Assembly (NCBI GenBank): GCA_038046385.1
Contig: JBBSWH010000019.1
Coordinates: forward strand, 1 to 27,190
Direction of reading: 5' to 3'
Source: Nanobdellota archaeon
Lineage (GTDB): Archaea; Nanobdellota; Nanobdellia; Woesearchaeales; GW2011-AR4
Length of the DNA: 27,190 bases
The notes beneath the pieces were generated by a model, which worked only from the letters and a program-made list of their open reading frames with translations, was not told the DNA's origin and searched no databases. The position numbers were made by a program, and so were the translations under genes. Below, piece by piece: positions 18,179 to 26,403 of the stretch (positions within the stretch are counted from its first letter, which is position 1; each line of letters starts with the position of its first letter).

Positions 18179-18757
18179 ATGGAACAGGAAACTAATCAAA
18201 TTAAACATGATATTGTAACAAAAGACATGACAATAGGGGATGTTGTAGCTAAGTATCCTGCTTCTATTGAAGTATTGCAGTCAGCAGGCGTTCATTGCGT
18301 CGGTTGTCACGTTTCTTATCACGAGACTCTTGAGCAGGGATTCAAGGGGCACGGAATGACAGATGAGGAAGTTGATTCTGTAATAGCAGGCATAAACAGC
18401 GCAATAAATGAGTCTGCATCAGAAGGGCCAAAAGATTTTATTGTCACAAAAAAAGCAGCTGAAAAGCTAATTGAAGTTCTTAAGGAAAACAACAAAGAAA
18501 ATTTCGGATTAAGGGTTGAAGTTGTTACTGGCGGATGCTCAGGATTCCAGTATGGATTGGAATTGGATGAAAATCATTCTGATTTTGACAATGTGATAGA
18601 AGAAAAAGGCGTCAAAATAATCATAAGCAAAGAAAACATGAATTTTCTCAAAGGGGCAAAATTGGATTATGTTGACAGCATACAGGGCGGCGGATTCAAG
18701 ATAACAAATCCTAATGCGCACAGCTCATGCGGATGCGGGCAGAGTTTTGAACAGTAA
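18179..18757 (+). CDS. A-type Fe-S carrier (IscA/HesB/ErpA) fused to an N-terminal DUF1858-like CxxC domain
   Basis: TKDMTIGDVVAKYP...GVHCVGC...ETLEQG (DUF1858-like), then GGCSGFQY and NPNAHSSCGCGQSF (HesB family). Confidence 0.88.
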   Translation: MEQETNQIKHDIVTKDMTIGDVVAKYPASIEVLQSAGVHCVGCHVSYHETLEQGFKGHGMTDEEVDSVIAGINSAINESASEGPKDFIVTKKAAEKLIEVLKENNKENFGLRVEVVTGGCSGFQYGLELDENHSDFDNVIEEKGVKIIISKENMNFLKGAKLDYVDSIQGGGFKITNPNAHSSCGCGQSFEQ

Positions 18758-18812
18758 AACTTTCTATGCCAGAAAAAAACAGCAAGGGGGCTGGACAGAG
18801 TATTGTACTACT

Positions 18813-20189
18813 ATGAAATTCAAAAGCATTAATCCTGCAACAGAAGAAGTGATTGCGGAATATGATTTAATGACTGGTGAAAATGCGCTTTCTATAGCAA
18901 AAGATTCTCATGATGCTTTTAATAAATGGAAAACTCTCTATATTGGTGAAAGGGGCGTTTATTTCAGGAAGCTTGCAGCAGTATTGAGGAAAAACAGGGA
19001 AAAATACGCAAAAATAATGACCCTTGAGATGGGCAAGCCGATAAATGAGTCAGCATCGGAAGTCGAGAAATGCGCTTATCTTGCAGAAGTTCTGGCAGAG
19101 AATGCAGGCAAGTGGCTTGCTGATGAACAGGTTAATGCAGACGGCAAGAAACACATAATAACATTTGAGCCGCTTGGGCCAATTTACATAATCATGCCGT
19201 GGAATTTTCCTTTCTGGCAGGCATTCAAGGTTGCTTTGCCACCGATGATTGCAGGCAACACCATAATGCTCAAGCATGCAAGCAATGTGACAGGATGCGC
19301 TTTGATGATTGAAGAGGCATTTTCAGAAGCAGGATTTCCAGAGAATGTCTTTAGGACCTTGATTATTGACCATGACACAAGCACAAAATTAATTGAAAGT
19401 GAATATGTAAAAGCATGCTCATTGACAGGCTCTGTTGGAGCAGGAGCAAGTATTGCGCAGGAAGCAGGAAAAAACATAAAAAAAATAGTGCTTGAACTTG
19501 GTGGCTCTGACCCATTCATAGTGCTTGAAGATGCGGACATAAATGCCGCTGTGAAAGGCGCTGTGCTAGGAAGAACACTTAATGCGGGGCAGGTCTGCAT
19601 TGGCTCAAAAAGAATCATTGTTCATAAAAAAATTGCAGATGACTTCACAAAAAAATTTTCAGAAGCGATGAAAAATCTTATCGTAGGAAATCCTCTTGAT
19701 TCAAAAACACAGGTTGGGCCGCTGGCAAATGAAAAAGCTGTGAAAAGCATGGAAAGTTTTGTAGATGATGCTGTTGCAAAAGGCGCTGTGATTGCTGCAG
19801 GCGGAAAAAGAATGAAAATAAAAGGATATTTCTTTGAGCCGACTGTTTTGACAAACACAACGCATGAAATGGATGCTGTCTGCAATGAAGTTTTTGGACC
19901 AGTTGCCCCTATAATAATTGTTAATACTGAAGAGGAAGCTATAAAAACAGCAAATAATTCTGAATTTGGATTAAGCGCATCAGTATGGACAACCGACCTT
20001 GCAAGAGGCGAAAAACTCGCAAGAAAGCTGGAGACAGGCGCAGTATTTATTAACAGCATCTCAAAATCACATCCATTGCTGACAATAGGCGGCATAAAGA
20101 AAAGCGGCTTCGGAAGGGAATTGTCGCATTACGGAATAAAGGAATTTGTCAACATAAAAGGAATAAATGTTTATGAAGTAAAAAAATGA
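18813..20189 (+). CDS. NAD(P)-dependent succinate-semialdehyde dehydrogenase-type aldehyde dehydrogenase
   Basis: MKFKSINPAT start, IMPWNFPFWQ, LKHASNV, LELGGSDP, NAGQVC, EVFGP and SGFGRELS. The true start is likely 18813 rather than 18714. Confidence 0.88.
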   Translation: MKFKSINPATEEVIAEYDLMTGENALSIAKDSHDAFNKWKTLYIGERGVYFRKLAAVLRKNREKYAKIMTLEMGKPINESASEVEKCAYLAEVLAENAGKWLADEQVNADGKKHIITFEPLGPIYIIMPWNFPFWQAFKVALPPMIAGNTIMLKHASNVTGCALMIEEAFSEAGFPENVFRTLIIDHDTSTKLIESEYVKACSLTGSVGAGASIAQEAGKNIKKIVLELGGSDPFIVLEDADINAAVKGAVLGRTLNAGQVCIGSKRIIVHKKIADDFTKKFSEAMKNLIVGNPLDSKTQVGPLANEKAVKSMESFVDDAVAKGAVIAAGGKRMKIKGYFFEPTVLTNTTHEMDAVCNEVFGPVAPIIIVNTEEEAIKTANNSEFGLSASVWTTDLARGEKLARKLETGAVFINSISKSHPLLTIGGIKKSGFGRELSHYGIKEFVNIKGINVYEVKK

Positions 20190-21826
20190 AAGCAAGCGAT
20201 TTATTTATCAAATGCCTGGAAAATGAGGAAGTTGAGTACATATTCGGCGTTCCGGGAGAGGAAAATGAAGATATAATGATTTCCTTAATAGATTCAAAAA
20301 TAAAGTTTATACCGACAAGGCACGAGCAGGGAGCTGCTTTCATGGCTGCAATCTACGGAAGACTGACCGGAAAGGCAGGAGTCTGCTTATCCACTTTAGG
20401 GCCTGGAGCGATGAACCTGACAACCGGGCTTGCAGAAGCGCATCTTGGAAACATGCCAATGGTTGCGCTGACAGGACAGGGAGGATTGCACAGGTTTAAC
20501 AAGGAAAATTTTCAGTTTATTGATGTTGTAAGATCTTTCAGGCCAATAACAAAATGGAATGCCTCTGTAACAACAGCATCAATAATCCCGGAAGTCATAA
20601 GAAAAGCATTCAAGATGGCTGAGATGGAAAGGCCGGGGCCGGCGCATATAGAGCTGCCTGAAGATGTTGCAAAAACAGAAACAGACGGCAAGCCATTTGC
20701 AAAATCAATGGTAAGAAGGCCAAGCGCAGACAGCGAGGCAGTTGAAAATGCAATCAAGATGATAAAAAATGCCAAAAACCCGCTGATACTTGCAGGCAAC
20801 GGATGCGTAAGAACAAGAGTTTCAAAGCAGCTTAATTCTTTTGTTGAGGAAAGAGGAATCCCGATTGTGCACACGCAAATGGGCAAGGGTGCAATAAGCG
20901 ACAAGTCAGAATATTCTCTTTTTACAACAGGAATAAATGCAAAAGACTACTATGTGTGCGGCTTTGACAGGGCAGATTTGATAATCACGCTCGGATACAA
21001 CACCGTAGAATTCTCTCCTATACACTGGAACAAGAGCAAGGAAAAAAAGATTTTGCATATTGATTTCAAGCCAAGCGAAGTAGACGAATATTACAATCCG
21101 GATTTAGAAGTGATTGGAGACGTTTCCAACACCTTATGGATATTGAGGGAAAAGCTGAAAAGGGAAAAGAAAAAAAATCCGGAATACTTTTTCAAGCTGA
21201 GAAAAACAATATTACAGGATCATGAAGAGAAATCAAATGATAATTCATTTCCATTAAAGCCGCAAAGAATAATTTATGACATAAGAAAATCGCTTACAGA
21301 CTCGGACATTGTGATAGCTGATGTCGGAATGCACAAAATATGGACAGCAAGATTATACAAGACTTATGAGCCAAACACCTGCCTGATTGATAATGGACTT
21401 TGTTCGATGGGAATTGCATTGCCGGGGGCAGTTTCAGCAAAATTAGTTAATCCTGACAAAAAAGTTGTTGCTGTGTGCGGCGACGGTGGATTTTTGATGA
21501 ACTCGCAGGAAATTGAAACTGCCATAAGGCTGAAGCTTGCATTTGTTATTGTGGTTTTTAATGATTCAAAATTCGGAATGATTGAGTGGAAGCAGAAAAC
21601 GCACCACGGCAAGAGCTTTGGAAATGACTTTAATAATCCTGATTTTGTAAAATATGCTGAAAGCTTTGGCGCAAAGGGATACAAAGTTACTAAAGCGGCT
21701 GATTTTGGAAAAATGCTGAAAGATGCTTTAAAGCAGAAGACAGTCTGCATAATTGATGTTCCTGTCGATTACTCTGAAAATTATACTTTGATAAAGAAGC
21801 TTGGACAGAATATCTGCCCTATATAA
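20186..21826 (+). CDS. ThDP-dependent acetolactate-synthase-like enzyme; likely 2-oxoacid (2-oxoglutarate) decarboxylase subfamily
   Basis: IFGVPGEEN, RHEQGAAFMA, STLGPGA and GDGGFLMNSQE motifs. ATGA overlap with the aldehyde dehydrogenase. Confidence 0.85.
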   Translation: MKASDLFIKCLENEEVEYIFGVPGEENEDIMISLIDSKIKFIPTRHEQGAAFMAAIYGRLTGKAGVCLSTLGPGAMNLTTGLAEAHLGNMPMVALTGQGGLHRFNKENFQFIDVVRSFRPITKWNASVTTASIIPEVIRKAFKMAEMERPGPAHIELPEDVAKTETDGKPFAKSMVRRPSADSEAVENAIKMIKNAKNPLILAGNGCVRTRVSKQLNSFVEERGIPIVHTQMGKGAISDKSEYSLFTTGINAKDYYVCGFDRADLIITLGYNTVEFSPIHWNKSKEKKILHIDFKPSEVDEYYNPDLEVIGDVSNTLWILREKLKREKKKNPEYFFKLRKTILQDHEEKSNDNSFPLKPQRIIYDIRKSLTDSDIVIADVGMHKIWTARLYKTYEPNTCLIDNGLCSMGIALPGAVSAKLVNPDKKVVAVCGDGGFLMNSQEIETAIRLKLAFVIVVFNDSKFGMIEWKQKTHHGKSFGNDFNNPDFVKYAESFGAKGYKVTKAADFGKMLKDALKQKTVCIIDVPVDYSENYTLIKKLGQNICPI

Positions 21827-21969
21827 TTTTTCTTTTCTTCGTCGTTAATTTAAGAAAATTGCACAAAAAATGCATTTATTTTTAATATACTAATTTCTAT
21901 CTTAATATACAAAAACGTAACCTTTAAATATACCCAGCTTAACTAAAATTGACAAATTGTAAAAGATAG

Positions 21970-22905
21970 GTGTTTTATTTGAGAAAAATTGCTGTATTCA
22001 ACCAAAAGGGCGGTGTTGGCAAGACAACTACTGCAGTAAATCTTGCAGCAGGGCTTTCAAGGAACAATAAAAAAGTGATTCTTATTGATCTTGACCCTCA
22101 AGGGGATATAAGCGTCTGCCACAATGTAGATGCTAAGTACAATATTTACAATTTTCTTGTTGAAAATGCAGACATAAAAGAATGCACAAGCAGGCTTGGA
22201 AAAAATCTTGAAATAATACACGCTGACCACATGCTTGCAGAAGCAGAGCAAAGATTTTCAAAGGAAAAAGACAATGATTTCATCAGCAAGAAACTTTCTT
22301 CAATAAAAGATTATGATTATGTCATTCTTGACTGCGCGCCTTCATGGAGATTTTTGAACAAGTGCGCATTAAGCTACGCAACAGAAGTTATTATACCATC
22401 ATCGACAGATGTTCTTGGATATGCCTCTCTTCAAAAAACAATAAAAAGGATAAATGAATTAAGCTCTGCTGACCATAAGATTGAAGTGAGCTCGATAGTT
22501 CCAACAATGTATGACCAAAGAAGCAAATTGTCAAAAGAAATAATCAGCAAGATGAAAAATGAATCCCCAATGCTTGTATCAGAGCCAATAAGAACAAACT
22601 CAAAGCTAAAAGAAGCTCCAAAGTCAAAAATGTCTATATTCACCTACGACAAGAAAAGCACCGGCTCTGAAGACTACTGGAAGCTTGTCAAGCTTGTGCT
22701 TGAAAATGAATATATGTATGATGCTGCAATATCAAAAACAGAAAGAGAAAAGGCGCAGAAGGACTATTTTATCAACGGAAAAAAGAGAGAAATGATGATT
22801 GTCAATAACAAAGTAACATTCGGCTTCAGGTTTGTGACCAACGGGAACGAGCCTGTAAAGAATTTTGTAGGCCAAAAAAAACAAAAAAAAGGAACTGAAG
22901 CCTAA
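21970..22905 (+). CDS. parA: ParA/Soj-family ATPase with C-terminal extension
   Basis: NQKGGVGKTTT, IDLDPQG, LDCAPS and PTMYD motifs. The start may be the TTG at 21979. Confidence 0.88.
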   Translation: MFYLRKIAVFNQKGGVGKTTTAVNLAAGLSRNNKKVILIDLDPQGDISVCHNVDAKYNIYNFLVENADIKECTSRLGKNLEIIHADHMLAEAEQRFSKEKDNDFISKKLSSIKDYDYVILDCAPSWRFLNKCALSYATEVIIPSSTDVLGYASLQKTIKRINELSSADHKIEVSSIVPTMYDQRSKLSKEIISKMKNESPMLVSEPIRTNSKLKEAPKSKMSIFTYDKKSTGSEDYWKLVKLVLENEYMYDAAISKTEREKAQKDYFINGKKREMMIVNNKVTFGFRFVTNGNEPVKNFVGQKKQKKGTEA

Positions 22906-23348
22906 ATATCAACAACTATTGTTGCCATGTAGCCGGTTTTTTCCTTCTTTAATTCAAACATATGCATTGTAATTGCTTTTATGTCATTCTCAAGCTTTTG
23001 TTTTTTAGAATCTATTCCTTCTCCAAAGAGCGTTGCTTTCAGCTTGTTTGGCTTGCCTTCTTTAATCTCAACTTTAACTTTCCTGAAGACAATATATTTT
23101 GAATCCTTAAGAAACAAAATTTCTGAAAGAAAGTCATAAAGCAGGTTGTCAAGGTTTTTATGCTCAATCTCCACTTCTAGTTTTTCCTTGTCGCCAACTG
23201 ATTTAAGCTCTGCGCTTAACTCAAATATTGCAAGAGCCGAATTCTCAAAAACTTCATTTAAGTCTTTTCCGTATGCCTCATAGCAGATATCTGCAAGCGC
23301 AACATCCTCAAGAAACCTGTATTTCTTTTTGTCGTTGTTTATGTTCAT
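22902..23348 (-). CDS. Archease (RtcB activator)
   Basis: YRFLEDVALAD...AYGKDLNEVFENSA...LLYDFLSEIL...IKAITMH...VVDI. ATG at 23348, right after the ZIP stop. Confidence 0.9.
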   Translation of the reverse strand: MNINNDKKKYRFLEDVALADICYEAYGKDLNEVFENSALAIFELSAELKSVGDKEKLEVEIEHKNLDNLLYDFLSEILFLKDSKYIVFRKVKVEIKEGKPNKLKATLFGEGIDSKKQKLENDIKAITMHMFELKKEKTGYMATIVVDI

Positions 23349-23349
23349 T

Positions 23350-24099
23350 TCAATGCCCTTCAAACAGCTTACCAACAAACCATATCAAAGCAATTCCTAG
23401 GACCATCATCAAAAGCTGAAGAGAGGATTTTCTCAAATCTTTCTCTTTATGTATCTCGGGAATAAGGTCTGTCCCTGCAATGTAAACAAAGCCGCCTATG
23501 GCCAATGCAATTATGTAAGTATGCGAACCTTCCATAAAGCTTGAGAAAAAATAAGTAAGCAGAGCGCCAAGGACTGCAGTAAGCGCTGTCAGGAAATTGT
23601 AAACGAGCGCCTTCATTTTTGAAAATCCGCCGTAAATAAGAACTGAAAAATCAGCTATTTCCTGCGGAATTTCGTGTGCAATTATTGCGATAGTTGTTGC
23701 AATCCCAAGGCTAGTGTTGTTCATAAAACTTATTGCTATTACGGCACCGTCCAAAAAATTATGTATAGCATCTCCTACGAGATTAAGGTAAGTGAAGCTG
23801 TGCACTTCGTCGTGCTCCTCATGAGCGTGGTGGTGATGCCAGTGAAGGAATTTTTCCAGAACGAAAAAAGATAGTATCCCTCCGATTATCAAAAGAGGTA
23901 TAGACTCGCTGAATCCATTTTCTATGACTTCGGGAAGCAGGTCAAGGAATGCAACGCCTATCATAGTGCCTGCTGCAAAGCTTACAAGCAGGAAAAGCAG
24001 CCTGTTGAACGACTTCTGCTTATAGAATATGAAAAGCCCCAGTATTGAAACCAAAGAGACTGCAAGCACTGCAATTAAAATGTTGATTATTGTTTCCAT
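23350..24099 (-). CDS. ZIP-family divalent metal transporter
   Basis: SFAAGTMIGVAFLDLLPE, His-rich loop HWHHHHAHEEH, GDAIHNFLDG, AHEIPQEIADF and DLIPE. Confidence 0.92.
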   Translation of the reverse strand: METIINILIAVLAVSLVSILGLFIFYKQKSFNRLLFLLVSFAAGTMIGVAFLDLLPEVIENGFSESIPLLIIGGILSFFVLEKFLHWHHHHAHEEHDEVHSFTYLNLVGDAIHNFLDGAVIAISFMNNTSLGIATTIAIIAHEIPQEIADFSVLIYGGFSKMKALVYNFLTALTAVLGALLTYFFSSFMEGSHTYIIALAIGGFVYIAGTDLIPEIHKEKDLRKSSLQLLMMVLGIALIWFVGKLFEGH

Positions 24100-24100
24100 A

Positions 24101-25601
24101 TTAACCCTTAATATTTCCAATAGGCTTTAATCCGACAACCGGCTTTGAAATGCCAGCTTGGGCAACAGCATCAATAACCTCATTTATATTTTTGTATGCG
24201 AAGCCTGCTTCTTCTGCAAGGCCGGACATTGAAGTAGCCTTGACGTAAATTCCCCTTTTCTCCATGTCTTTCTGCAATTGCTCTCCGCGCACCTGGTGCT
24301 TTGCAGCAGCCCGCGACATTGTTCTTCCGCTTCCATGCGCTGTGCTTCCGAAAGTCTCGTCCATTGCTTTTTGAGTTCCAACCAATAAAAATGATCCTGT
24401 TTCCATTGAGCCGCCTATGATAACCGGCTGGCCTGTCTTCTGGAATATTTTTGCAAGCTCGGGATGTCCCGGAGGGAATGCCCTTGTTGATCCTTTTCTA
24501 TGGACAACCAGCTTTTTCTTTTTTCCGTCAACATTATGCTCTTCAAGCTTTGCAATGTTGTGGGCAACATCATAAACCATATTCATTTCAAGTTTTTCAG
24601 CATCTGTTTTGAAAACTTTAGAGAATCCTTCCCTTATCCTGTGCAAAATAACCTGACGGTTTGCAAATGCCATGTTTGCAGCGCATGCCATTGCCTTGTA
24701 ATAATCCTGACCTTCTTTTGATTGGAATGGCGCGCATGCCAACTCTCTGTCATAAACCTCTATTTTGTATTTTTTCATTACATCTTCAAAAATTCTTAGA
24801 TAGTCTGTTCCAATCTGATGCCCGAATCCTCTGCTTCCGCAATGGACCATGACAACAACCTGCTCCGGCGTTACAATGCCGAATTTTTTTGCCATAGCCT
24901 CATCAAAAATGTTTTCTGCTCTTGCAACCTGTATCTCGAGATAATGATTTCCGCTTCCCAAAGTGCCAAGCTGAGCTATCCCTCTTTCAAGCGCCTTTGA
25001 GCTTACTTTTTCAGGATCTGCCCATTCAATCTTGCCGTGGCCTTCTGTTCTTTCTGTGTCGTCTTTCCACCCATATCCGTTTTCAACGCACCACTTTGAA
25101 CCATCCGATATAATATCCCTGAACTGCTGCTTTGTTGCGTTTACAAACCCTTTTGATCCAACGCCGGATGGAACTGTTTTGAACAATGAATCAACTAACT
25201 CTTTTAATTTTGGCTGGACTTCCTTGAACGTTAAGTTTGTTGTAACAAGCCTCATCCCACAGTTTATATCGAAGCCTATGCCGCCTGGGCTTATGATACC
25301 TGTTTCTGAATCAAAAGCTGCTACACCGCCGATTGGGAAACCGTCAAGGGCTGAATAAGAAAGTTCTTACTCAGAATCCCCAGTGCCCATCCGGCATGCA
25401 GAACGAATACTTTTGAATTCCTGGCAAACAGGCTACATTAGTTACCTGATTGAATACTCCATTGTCCATTTCATCAAGGAGTTTTTTTGTCGCGTAAATC
25501 CTTGCTGGGACCAGCATGCCTTTTTTGTGCGATGTTGGAATTTCCCAGACAGTGTCGCTAACCTTATTTATCTCCTTGGGCCTCTCAAGATTGTGTTCCA
25601 T
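24101..25601 (-). CDS. rtcB: RtcB tRNA-splicing ligase in two exons (25601-25376 and 25344-24101); 489 aa after removing the 31-nt intron
   Basis: Exon 1 ends MPDGHWG. Exon 2 continues GFPIGGVAAFD...GGIGFDINCGMR, GTLGSGNHYLE, HCGSRGFGHQ, YDVAHN, HRKGSTR and STAHGSGR. SD GGAGG at 25608-25612. Confidence 0.92.
25345..25375 (-). other. Putative BHB-type mRNA intron in rtcB (31 nt)
   Basis: Minus-strand RNA reads GGGG AU^U CUGAGUAAGA ACUU UCUUAUUCAG CCCU UG^A, i.e. a 4-bp central helix, two 3-nt bulges and a 10-bp intron stem. Ligation gives GGA UAC GGU (G-Y-G). Confidence 0.85.
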
Positions 25602-25714
25602 TTAGTTCCTCCTTCCTGTTTTTGATTATTAAGCAATAATATAAAGAACCCGTATTGTTTCTCCAGGGTCCGAATAATTTAGAGTTGATTTGGTGCTTAT
25701 TTAAAGCTTATGGT

Positions 25715-25729
25715 GCAAAAGTTTATATA
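25715..25729 (+). promoter_or_regulatory. Archaeal BRE/TATA promoter of ssb (probably leaderless mRNA)
   Basis: GCAAAAG-TTTATATA ends about 25 nt before the ATG at 25755. Confidence 0.55.
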
Positions 25730-25754
25730 TTAAACCAGCCTTTTAACGGATACA

Positions 25755-26165
25755 ATGCAGGTAAAAGACTTAAAGCCAAGACAGGGAAGTGTTGACATAG
25801 TTCTAGATATAACCTCAATTGAGCCTCCAAGGGAATTCCAGAAATTCGGCAAGCCTGGAAGGGTTGCAAATGCAAAAGGGATGGACGGAACTGGAGAGAT
25901 AAAAGTCACGCTATGGAATGAGGATATTGATAATGTTAAGACCGGAGACAAGATACAAATAACAAACGGCTACGTCAATGAATGGCAGGGCGAGCTTCAG
26001 TTAACAACAGGCAGGCTTGGAAAGCTTGAAGTGATAGGAAAAGCAAGCGCCGATGCTGTTAAAGAAGAGGCACCTGAAATAAAGTCAAACTCACCCTTGC
26101 AGGATTTTGACGAAAATGATGATGTCAATGTCGAAGAAGAAGATATTGAAGACGAAGAGATTTAG
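25755..26165 (+). CDS. ssb: Single-stranded DNA-binding protein (single OB fold, acidic tail)
   Basis: GRVANA..DGTGEIKVTLWNE...NGYVNEWQGELQLTTGRLGKLE followed by a D/E-rich C-terminus. Confidence 0.88.
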   Translation: MQVKDLKPRQGSVDIVLDITSIEPPREFQKFGKPGRVANAKGMDGTGEIKVTLWNEDIDNVKTGDKIQITNGYVNEWQGELQLTTGRLGKLEVIGKASADAVKEEAPEIKSNSPLQDFDENDDVNVEEEDIEDEEI

Positions 26166-26184
26166 TTCTTGCTTCATTTAAATA

Positions 26185-26199
26185 GAAACTCTTTTAAAT
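26185..26199 (+). promoter_or_regulatory. BRE/TATA promoter of the tRNA gene
   Basis: GAAACTC-TTTTAAAT ends about 25 nt upstream of the tRNA start. Confidence 0.5.
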
Positions 26200-26224
26200 C
26201 GTGTTCTTGTTCTTAGGTTTGTAT

Positions 26225-26395
26225 GGGGCGTTAGCTCAGCCTGGGTAATATCAGGCTTGCCTGTGTTCAGGATAGAGCACACGGCTGAAGGCGGTATTCT
26301 GAGCTGAGAAATCAGCGATGAATGTTTGATACCGTGGAATCAAAAAGTGAATTTTTTGATGCGGAATGTCGAGGATTCAAATTCCTCACGCCCCA
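26225..26395 (+). tRNA. tRNA-Phe(GAA) with three introns: 26246-26273 (20/21), 26291-26330 (37/38), 26338-26366 (44/45)
   Basis: The spliced 74-nt product GGGGCGT TA GCTC AGCCTGGGA GAGC A CACGG CTGAAGA CCGTG GTGTC GAGGA TTCAAAT TCCTC ACGCCCC A forms a full cloverleaf. CCA is not encoded. Confidence 0.9.
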
Positions 26396-26403
26396 TATAT
26401 TTT

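Noticed and set aside
18714-18812. N-terminal extension of the aldehyde dehydrogenase
   Set aside because: It overlaps the iscA-like gene, and the family-typical start is MKFKSINPAT at 18813.
19050-21750. Minus-strand ORFs within the SSADH/ALS-like genes and similar short antisense ORFs elsewhere
   Set aside because: They fully overlap well-supported genes on the opposite strand and have antisense-typical composition.
24101-25255. 384-aa and 76-aa ORFs as two independent genes
   Set aside because: The catalytic DINCG segment lies between them, upstream of the 384-aa start, so neither would be functional alone.
25345-25375. rtcB break explained as a pseudogene, UGA read-through/selenocysteine, intein or simple indel error
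   Set aside because: Read-through cannot work because the 31 nt also shift the frame. The insert is far too short for an intein and is not a duplication of flanking sequence. Both exons keep their catalytic motifs, and the BHB cut sites restore the conserved Tyr exactly.
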